This document shows, one piece after another, positions 15,917-22,767 of a stretch of 64,000 nt of DNA. This stretch comes from Candidatus Saccharimonadales bacterium (GTDB lineage Bacteria > Patescibacteriota > Saccharimonadia > Saccharimonadales > JBGSXW01), in NCBI GenBank assembly GCA_041751215.1, contig JBGSXW010000002.1, positions 67,123-131,122 of the forward strand. The letters are read 5' to 3'. Positions within the stretch are counted from its first letter, which is position 1, and each line of letters opens with the position of its first letter. Both the position numbers and the translations under genes were made by a program. The notes under the pieces are model-generated. The model was given only the letters and a program-made list of their open reading frames with translations, was not told where the DNA came from and did no database searches.

Positions 15917-17284
15917 TCATTCGACGGGGCTATGTGCAGCCTCATGTGATTTATCAATCGACAAGAACTGCAGTCGTTCTGGGCTAAAGTACAGCTCGAC
16001 ATTGCCAATTGGGCCGTTTCGGTGCTTGCGAATGATTATGTCGGTAATATGTTGACGGTCCGTATCCGGATTATAGTAATCCTCGCGGTAAATAAACATA
16101 ACAACATCGGCATCTTGCTCGATTGATCCGGATTCGCGCAAGTCGGCTAGGTGTGGAATCTGCGGGCTTCGGCTTTCTACGGACCTTGATAGCTGAGATA
16201 GAGCAATCACCGGTACATTTAGTTCTCTGGCCAAGGCCTTAAGACCTCGAGATATCTCAGAAATCTCTTGAACACGGTTGTCGCCGCCCATTCGCGCAGA
16301 TGACGACATCAGCTGCAAGTAATCCACTAGGATCAGCCCAAGGGGCCTCTGGTGCTGCTGGCGACGTGCCTTGGTGCGCATTTCCATGATATTCATGCCA
16401 GGAGTGTCATCTATGTAGATTGGAGCTTCAGACAATGACCCCATGGCTTGACCAAGCTTTTCAAAATCAGTATCGGTCAAGTTACCAGTTCTGATGTTCC
16501 AGGCGTCAACCCCGGCTTCGGCCGCCAAAAGACGGTCCACTAGCTGCTCTTTACTCATTTCTAAGCTGAACACCAGTACAGATTGCTGTTCCTTGGTTGC
16601 AACGTGGTGGGCTAAGTTCATGGCGAGCGTTGACTTACCCATCGATGGGCGAGCAGCCAAAATAATCAGATCAGACTTTTGCAGTCCTGCCAGTAAGTTG
16701 TCCATGTCTTTAAATCCGGTTGATAGGCCGCGAATTTTGGATTTGTCTTTGTGCAAGTCATCTAAACGATCAAAGCTCTCAGACAGGATTTCCTCAATCG
16801 ACACAAGATCGTGCTTAACATGGCGCTGAGAAACGTTGAATAGTTTAGATTCAGCTTCTTCAAGCAGATTCTCAAGAGTGGCAGTTTCGTTAAAGCTCGA
16901 ACGAGTTATTTCTTCGGCGGCCTTAATAAGACGCCGACGAACCGCCTTGCTCGCCACAATATCAGCGTAATGTTCAGCATGGGCTGCTGTTGGCACTAAG
17001 TTTGTAAGCTCGGTAATGTAGCTAGAGCCACCCGACTCGTCTAGCAGTTCTAGTGACTTAAGCTGGTTAGACAGAGTTAGTACATCGATTGGTTGGCGCT
17101 TTTCATAAAGCTGCAGCACGGCTTTATAAATGTAGCCGTGTCGTGGGTCGTAAAAATCATTCTCGCTGACCTTGTCGGCGACTTTAACTAACGCATCGCC
17201 GTCTAGTAATATTGATCCTAGTAAGCTAGCCTCGGCGTCCAGATTGTGTGGAGGGATGCTAGCTCGCTTTACCTCATCGTTCAT
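15917..17284 (-). CDS. dnaB: replicative DNA helicase DnaB
   Basis: PPHNLDAEASLLGSILLD and a RecA-like ARPSMGKST Walker A. Confidence 0.9.
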   Translation of the reverse strand: MNDEVKRASIPPHNLDAEASLLGSILLDGDALVKVADKVSENDFYDPRHGYIYKAVLQLYEKRQPIDVLTLSNQLKSLELLDESGGSSYITELTNLVPTAAHAEHYADIVASKAVRRRLIKAAEEITRSSFNETATLENLLEEAESKLFNVSQRHVKHDLVSIEEILSESFDRLDDLHKDKSKIRGLSTGFKDMDNLLAGLQKSDLIILAARPSMGKSTLAMNLAHHVATKEQQSVLVFSLEMSKEQLVDRLLAAEAGVDAWNIRTGNLTDTDFEKLGQAMGSLSEAPIYIDDTPGMNIMEMRTKARRQQHQRPLGLILVDYLQLMSSSARMGGDNRVQEISEISRGLKALARELNVPVIALSQLSRSVESRSPQIPHLADLRESGSIEQDADVVMFIYREDYYNPDTDRQHITDIIIRKHRNGPIGNVELYFSPERLQFLSIDKSHEAAHSPVE

Positions 17285-18753
17285 AGTGAAACAACCTCTC
17301 CCCCACCAAATGTCTCCATTATTTTGTCTACGTTGCTACTTTCGTTGCTGTGCGTATAGGCAGGCGGTAAAACTTCTAGGCTCTTGTCTACTATCGTTTC
17401 AACGATGATGCTCTGACTAATCACCTGAGACGCGGCATCTGTAACGATCGAAAAGTTTTTGGAGGCTGTGACCCTAGCTTGATGAAACGGGAACTTGAAT
17501 CCAAGGCGAAGCGATGACTCAGAAACTGAGGGCTTGGCCATTCTCAGGGCGGCATAGAGGGTATTGTTTTGTTCTTTTACTAAGTTGATAATCTCTTGCC
17601 AGCTATTAGCATCTAAGTCGATGTAGCTTCCATCGGCTGGTGTGCTTGCCTTGGGTGCTGGTTCGGTGGGTTCTTCGTTGTTCGGAGCAGCCTGTTTTCT
17701 TTCTTTTGGCTCCTTAGCAGGGGCAGTTTGAGGTTCCGCGCGATCTGGCTGATCCGGACGGGAGACGTCTACCACCGGCTTGTCTGCTAGCTCTAGGTTT
17801 GCTCGGTAAAGCACCGTTTCGAGCTTGAGCTTCGGATCGTAGCTGCGTGAAACTTCACCAAGCTTGTCTATCAAATCTAAAACAACACTGGCTTGCGACT
17901 GATAGTCACCGGCAATAAACTCCTCACGAACCAGCCTGGCTAGCTGGGAGGCAATTATTGCCGGAACCACACCATGATCGTAGGCCTGCTCAAGTCGTCC
18001 GCTGATCGCAGAGGGCGTATCGGACAAAGCTTGCTTGAGTTCTCTAACAAGCTCGGCCGGAGCTTGACCGAGTAAAGTCCTGACGTCCTCTGCAGTTATC
18101 GTGCGGTCGCCCAGCGAGGAAACACGGTCAAGAATCCCGATGCTGTCACGGAAACTGCCGTTACCTTGCTCGGCAACTAAAAGTAAAGCTTCGCGCTCAA
18201 TACTGATCGATTCTTTTTTAGCGATATTGCCTAGGTGCTCAACAATTTGCTCGTTGCTGATTGGCTTAAAATTGTGCTGTTGAGTACGAGAAATTATTGT
18301 TGCAGGTAGCTTGTGAGCTTCTGTCGTCGCTAAGATAAATATTACATGTGAGGGTGGTTCCTCCAGTGTTTTCAAGAGTGCGTTAAAGGCCTCCTTGGTC
18401 AACATATGAACCTCGTCAATTATGTAGACCTTAAATTTAGCGCTGCTCGGCGCAGTATGAACTTTTTCGCGTAAGTCTCTGATTTCATCTATGCGACGAT
18501 TTGAAGCTGCGTCAATCTCGATAATATCTAAGTGGTTGGACTCAAAATCGTAAGGCAGGTCGTTAACTTCATGCGCCAGGATTCTGGCCACACTTGTCTT
18601 GCCTACGCCGTGAGGGCCAGTCAATAGATAGGCATGACTAATAGAGCCGCTTTTTAGCGAACTCTCTAGTGTCTTCGTAATATGATCTTGGCCGACAATT
18701 TCTGAAAACGAGCGGCCTCGATATTTACGGTATAGAGTTTTACTCTCTACCAC
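17281..18753 (-). CDS. dnaX: DNA polymerase III gamma/tau subunit
   Basis: YRKYRGRSFSEIVGQDH..HAYLLTGPHGVGKTS. Confidence 0.9.
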   Translation of the reverse strand: MVESKTLYRKYRGRSFSEIVGQDHITKTLESSLKSGSISHAYLLTGPHGVGKTSVARILAHEVNDLPYDFESNHLDIIEIDAASNRRIDEIRDLREKVHTAPSSAKFKVYIIDEVHMLTKEAFNALLKTLEEPPSHVIFILATTEAHKLPATIISRTQQHNFKPISNEQIVEHLGNIAKKESISIEREALLLVAEQGNGSFRDSIGILDRVSSLGDRTITAEDVRTLLGQAPAELVRELKQALSDTPSAISGRLEQAYDHGVVPAIIASQLARLVREEFIAGDYQSQASVVLDLIDKLGEVSRSYDPKLKLETVLYRANLELADKPVVDVSRPDQPDRAEPQTAPAKEPKERKQAAPNNEEPTEPAPKASTPADGSYIDLDANSWQEIINLVKEQNNTLYAALRMAKPSVSESSLRLGFKFPFHQARVTASKNFSIVTDAASQVISQSIIVETIVDKSLEVLPPAYTHSNESSNVDKIMETFGGGEVVSL

Positions 18754-18870
18754 CCGTTCCTCCCCGATTTAATATCAATCTAACGTCTAGTATACCGTAA
18801 CATCGGTAGTAATTTTACGGGTTGTGTATAGCTTGCGGATAGATTGTTTAGAAATCAGCTGAATCTAAGA

Positions 18871-19383
18871 CTAAAGCGCTGCTTCGATCGCAGCCCATTT
18901 AACGTCTTCATCTTCGTCTTCTGGGACAACCACGCTGATTTGATCACCAGCTTTGGCCTTAAAGTAAGTAACACTAGCTAGCAGAACTCTGTATCGCTTT
19001 TTCTCGACGTCAACGTAGTAGTGGCCTTCTTCTTGGATGAGCGTACCGATTACCTGCTTTCGTGGAACTGGGCCAATTTGCTTGTAAATAAAGCTGCCAT
19101 CATCGGCAATGGTGAGCTTAAGGATGTCACCTTGTACCAGCTTAGACTTGGAGGCGTAGTTTGCGGGCACAGGATAAGTCTTTCCATCTGGACCAACCAT
19201 ATTCTGGCCATCGAAAACGCCTTCTAGAACCTTGCCGGTAGCTTCATCGATAGTCGCGGCTGTAACTTCTGGCTCATCACCAACTAAACTTACTAATAAT
19301 TCTTTTGCGCAGGCTAAATTTGTCTCCGCATCTTGTATCAACGATCGCAGTCGTTTGATCTGCTTTTCCGGTAATTCTGACAT
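18871..19383 (-). CDS. hypothetical protein (170 aa)
   Basis: ORF track; same-strand context. No family recognised. Confidence 0.5.
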   Translation of the reverse strand: MSELPEKQIKRLRSLIQDAETNLACAKELLVSLVGDEPEVTAATIDEATGKVLEGVFDGQNMVGPDGKTYPVPANYASKSKLVQGDILKLTIADDGSFIYKQIGPVPRKQVIGTLIQEEGHYYVDVEKKRYRVLLASVTYFKAKAGDQISVVVPEDEDEDVKWAAIEAAL

Positions 19384-19508
19384 ATTAACGCACCTTGTTT
19401 GTTTACCATAACACTCAGATACAACGTATCAGGTTTTTTATCAGTAGTCAAAGGAGTTATCCCCAGGTGGTTGTTTGCCTTAACTTCAGCAATCCAAAGG
19501 GACAATAA

Positions 19509-19547
19509 TAAAAACCCCCACAATCTGTACGATTGCAGGGGTTTTTC
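19509..19547 (-). terminator. rho-independent (bidirectional-looking) terminator after rplL
   Basis: AAAAACCCCCACAATC / GATTGCAGGGGTTTTT stem with a 5-nt loop. Confidence 0.7.
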
Positions 19548-19560
19548 GAGAGTACAGCGG

Positions 19561-19968
19561 TTACTGTAGCTCTACTGTAGCGCCAGCTTCTTCAAGCTTT
19601 TTCTTAGCTTCTTCGGCTTCTTCTTTAGGTACGCTTTCTTTGACAGGCTTTGGAGCACCATCAACGATTGCTTTGCTTTCGCCTAGGCCAAGTCCGGTAA
19701 TTTCTTTAACGGCCTTGATGACGGCAACTTTTTGCGCGCCAGTGTCAGCTAGGATGACATCGAATTCGCTTTTTTCTTCAGCAGCATCGGCTTCACCACC
19801 GGCAGCTGGTGCAGCAGCAACAGCCATCGGAGCAGCAGCTGAAACACCAAAGTGGTCTTCCAGTACCTTTACAAGCTCGCTTAGTTCTAGTGCGCTTAGG
19901 TCGCTGATTTCCTTAACAAGCTTTTCAAACTTGGCTGGGATTTCAACTTTCTTTTCTTCTTCTGACAT
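19561..19968 (-). CDS. rplL: 50S ribosomal protein L7/L12
   Basis: Ala-rich hinge and the C-terminal domain [23 protein letters not shown]. Confidence 0.95.
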   Translation of the reverse strand: MSEEEKKVEIPAKFEKLVKEISDLSALELSELVKVLEDHFGVSAAAPMAVAAAPAAGGEADAAEEKSEFDVILADTGAQKVAVIKAVKEITGLGLGESKAIVDGAPKPVKESVPKEEAEEAKKKLEEAGATVELQ

Positions 19969-20000
19969 AGTAGTCTCCTTAAATTCTTAATTATGGGAAC

Positions 20001-20154
20001 CTGTTTCCTAAGCCCATTTCAGCCTAAAATCATCCTAGTTGGCTGCAAATAGGCTCAAAACTCGTCAACGTATCTTTTAGATATGCTTTCTCGTTTTACG
20101 CCCTTTTCACTCAACAAGATCTGATTTTACTTCTGAAAGCGACTTAGGAAACAG
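20001..20154 (-). ncRNA. candidate structured RNA / repeat element, copy S2, inserted in the rplJ-rplL spacer (unclassified)
   Basis: 12-nt perfect terminal pairing CUGUUUCCUAAG/CUUAGGAAACAG, reaching 15 bp with one G-U on the minus strand. Homologous to 39115-39273. Confidence 0.5.
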
Positions 20155-20159
20155 ATTCT

Positions 20160-20693
20160 TTATGACTCAAGTTGCTCTTGGCGAGCATTGAGTACGTTAA
20201 CCATTCCACGCAAGTTGCCTGAGAGCACACCGACGAATCCAGATAGTGGAGCAGCGATTGTGCCAACAAGTTGAGCCCGTAGCTGATCCTTGGTAGGAAG
20301 CTCGGCCAGCCTCTTGATTTCATCGGCACTTAGTACGGTGCCGTCGGCTGCGATGGCCCCCACTAGGACGAGGTTCGGGTGTTCCTTGGCGAAGTTTGCC
20401 AGCACTTGAGCTGGAGCTACTTCGTCCTCATTGCCAAAAGCGAACATAAGTTGGCCTTTGAGCAGCGAGGTGTCGGAATCCTTAAGCGCGTCAACCTTAC
20501 TCATGGCCTTCATGAGCAGTCGGTTCTTTGTAACCTTAAGGCTGGTGGCGTTTTCGCGAGCTACTGCGCGGAGTGACTGTAGTTCTTTGACGCTTAACCC
20601 AGTGTATTGGGCTAATACAGTCATTTTTGATGATTCTAGCTTTGCAACCAAATCATCAATAACTGCGGTCTTGTCGTCTCGGCTTAATGCCAT
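20160..20693 (-). CDS. rplJ: 50S ribosomal protein L10
   Basis: 177 aa, upstream of rplL, L10-like sequence. Confidence 0.9.
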   Translation of the reverse strand: MALSRDDKTAVIDDLVAKLESSKMTVLAQYTGLSVKELQSLRAVARENATSLKVTKNRLLMKAMSKVDALKDSDTSLLKGQLMFAFGNEDEVAPAQVLANFAKEHPNLVLVGAIAADGTVLSADEIKRLAELPTKDQLRAQLVGTIAAPLSGFVGVLSGNLRGMVNVLNARQEQLES

Positions 20694-20744
20694 ATGACTA
20701 GTCCTCCTTATTTTAAGTAGTATTGATCTGTTAAGGTGGCCAAT

Positions 20745-20773
20745 TAAAAAATCTTTGGCTTATTTACCAAAGA
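20745..20773 (-). terminator. rho-independent terminator upstream of rplJ
   Basis: TCTTTGG / CCAAAGA stem with an 8-nt loop; U6 tract on the minus strand. Confidence 0.55.
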
Positions 20774-20891
20774 CTTTAATAAAAACAAGTTGTTTTTACC
20801 TCGGTAGCGCTCTTAGTGAACCGGAGTCCAAGCTACTGTCTTTGGCGGATAACTTGTTAACGATAACAGATCGGTCATCAGATTGCAATGC

Positions 20892-21272
20892 CTATTCAGG
20901 CAGTTCTAGCTCGCGTACCGGCAACCTAGCGGGCCGGTTTCGAGATACGTTTCTTGCGCGGCTTAATCTATCGGCGTACATCTGGGCAAAGTCTGCGCCG
21001 AGTCGTTTTTTGGCGGCTGTGATTACGGCCCAAGCGAACACGTCCGCCTGTTCATGCGCAAAGCGAGGGGCTTTAGTGCTAGCATGCGCGTAAAGGTTAT
21101 CGACGTCATCAGCGCGAGTGTTTAGGGCCTCGATTGACTCGATGGCGCTATCATTAGGACACTGTTCTAGTAGATAACTAGCTAAGTCTTTGACCATCAG
21201 GACTCGTTCTTCACTGTCCAAGCCGCCCACCTCGGCCACCGAACCGTAAACTGCTTCTTGTTCTGCTCCCAT
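20892..21272 (-). CDS. hypothetical acidic protein (126 aa)
   Basis: ORF track. SD AAGGAG lies before the ATG at 21272. Confidence 0.5.
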   Translation of the reverse strand: MGAEQEAVYGSVAEVGGLDSEERVLMVKDLASYLLEQCPNDSAIESIEALNTRADDVDNLYAHASTKAPRFAHEQADVFAWAVITAAKKRLGADFAQMYADRLSRARNVSRNRPARLPVRELELPE

Positions 21273-21302
21273 GAATTATCTCCTTTTCAAATAAGTGCAA
21301 TT

Positions 21303-21322
21303 AAAAAAGCCCCTTTTGGGGC
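21303..21322 (-). terminator. rho-independent terminator (minus strand)
   Basis: GCCCC-TTTT-GGGGC; the A6 run at 21303-21308 gives U6 on the minus strand. Confidence 0.6.
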
Positions 21323-21750
21323 CGTTTCGGTTGCTCTATTTTATGGCAATTACCGACAAGACCCCGCAGCGGGCTTAATAATGTCGATAATTATGATGTT
21401 GCCTCGATTTGCCATCGAATCGAGAATACACCTGTAAATACTATGCGTCAACGGTGACAGTGCCTGTAACACTGGCAAGGCCATGTGCTGTCTATTGAAG
21501 CTTCGCATTGATCTATACGCTGCTTCTTGTATCTGTTGAGTCAAGAACTTACTTGACACCGAGTATGATTATTTGGTAAAAAAGATGACGTTATGACGAT
21601 GCAATCCAGCATGCCAATTACAAAAGAGCTCCGCCACCTACTAGTGGTCGCTCTTAACGTGGCATAAGGATTGAGGTTCGTTAGACAATAACAAGAAGAT
21701 AAATAGCCGGGCCTCAATCAACCAAGAGCGCTCGGTTTTTCTATGCCTCT

Positions 21751-21827
21751 CTATGAATCATCTCTCGAAGATGGTTCATAGTAGGGCGAAAGTCCTAAGT
21801 CCTCTGTCGCACCTCGGTGCAGCAGAG
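21751..21827 (+). other. three consecutive stem-loops, the middle one with a GAAA tetraloop
   Basis: H1 21751-21781 (12 bp with bulges), H2 21782-21797 (TAGGGC-GAAA-GTCCTA), H3 21802-21827 (CTCTG..GCACC-TC-GGTGC..CAGAG). Confidence 0.4.
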
Positions 21828-21834
21828 TGTTACC

Positions 21835-22276
21835 AGGTAGGAGCAGACCACGATGCTAGGGGGCAAGAGTGGCCAACAAGCTTGAGCAAGAGATCATCGC
21901 CATCATCAAACGCAACAAAGGAAGCCTCGAGTGCAATGGCGATCCGATCACGCGCCTGATGGGCGCCACCAGAGCCATGCGCGCACAGCGCAAGCTCTGG
22001 AGAGAGGCGCTCGACTCGCTCACAGTGGGGAAGCGCGTAAGGCGTAGCTATAGCAAGGAGAAGCGGGCAACCATTCTCTCGCTGCGCTAGCACAAGGCCT
22101 CTCAGGCAACCGTTCCGGAGATGGTCAACGTAATTAGGCGAGACCGTCTTTAGTGCCTGAGCTTCGGGTGGACTGAGGAGAAAGCGACGAGCTTACCCAG
22201 CATCGTCGTGCGGATGAACGGGCAATCCCCACTCATTCGCCTCCTCGGCCCCCACCCGTAAATTCTGCTCCTACCT
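21835..22276. mobile_element. GC-rich segment bounded by a 12-bp perfect inverted repeat (decayed mobile-element candidate)
   Basis: AGGTAGGAGCAG 21835-21846 pairs with CTGCTCCTACCT 22265-22276. Hand counts give about 53-70% GC per 60-nt line, versus about 38% in the adjacent spacer. Confidence 0.4.
21869..22153 (+). pseudogene. HTH-like ORF interrupted by an in-frame TAG
   Basis: GTG 21869 after GGGGG. ...RRSYSKEKRATILSLR-TAG(22088)-HKASQATVPEMVNVIRRDRL-TAG(22151) resembles a transposase/resolvase-type HTH. Confidence 0.4.
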
Positions 22277-22279
22277 AAA

Positions 22280-22762
22280 CTACTCCCCAGTTTCTGATCT
22301 TATTACTTCCGCAATTTCAGCTATAGCTCTTAGTAAATCGCTTTCTTGTCTTTCTCTGGTATAAACCCAGTCTAGTACTGGCTCAGCGCCTACAATAATG
22401 CCGTCAAGCTTCAGGCTGTTGTCGGCTGAAGCCGTTTCGCTTAAAACCAGAGATGGACTAAGCAGCGATTCCTCAAACAACTCTGTTTTGGGTCTTTTTA
22501 CGGAGTCAAGCCGAATTCGGGTGGCGGGTCCGCTGGTGGGAACCGTCCACCAGCCTCCATCCCAATCCCAACTACCGAGCTCAACATCGTCAGGAAGAAC
22601 AAATAAAACAACTGCAGTGTCTTTAGTATCTACTGCTGGTGCCAGAATCAGCTTATTTGTAGCGCTAAGAAGTCTTTCGCTAACGATCTGTTCGGTAGCT
22701 TCCGGCGGTGGGACTTTCGGTTCGCCGGCATACCAGGGTTTTTGATCGGCATCGATAGTCAT
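22280..22762 (-). CDS. hypothetical protein (160 aa)
   Basis: ORF track. Lies 5 nt downstream of the Tmk-ThyX gene on the same strand. Confidence 0.5.
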   Translation of the reverse strand: MTIDADQKPWYAGEPKVPPPEATEQIVSERLLSATNKLILAPAVDTKDTAVVLFVLPDDVELGSWDWDGGWWTVPTSGPATRIRLDSVKRPKTELFEESLLSPSLVLSETASADNSLKLDGIIVGAEPVLDWVYTRERQESDLLRAIAEIAEVIRSETGE

Positions 22763-22767
22763 CTTAG

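Noticed and set aside
18754-18870. SRP RNA (ffs) upstream of dnaX, as in the Bacillus scr-dnaX-ybaB-recR arrangement
   Set aside because: The 117-nt spacer is AT-rich with only a 4-5 bp hairpin. No long helix with the conserved SRP domain IV loops is visible.
21350-21559. 69-aa minus-strand ORF in the ORF-poor gap
   Set aside because: It has a GTG start without an SD and an odd composition (…NIIIIDIIKPAAGSCR), and it overlaps several hairpins. Not enough support to call it a gene.
21782-21800. GCGAAAGTCC resembling the RNase P RNA CR-I box (GAGGAAAGUCC)
   Set aside because: None of the other conserved RNase P regions I could recall (the CR-IV/V-type ACAGAA and AGGGUGAAA-like boxes) could be found nearby. 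It is kept only as a GNRA hairpin.
22088-22090. In-frame TAG in the HTH-like ORF as evidence for stop-codon reassignment
   Set aside because: TAG is used as a genuine stop by fusA (60359-60361) and by the candidate leader ORF. Pseudogenisation is the simpler explanation.
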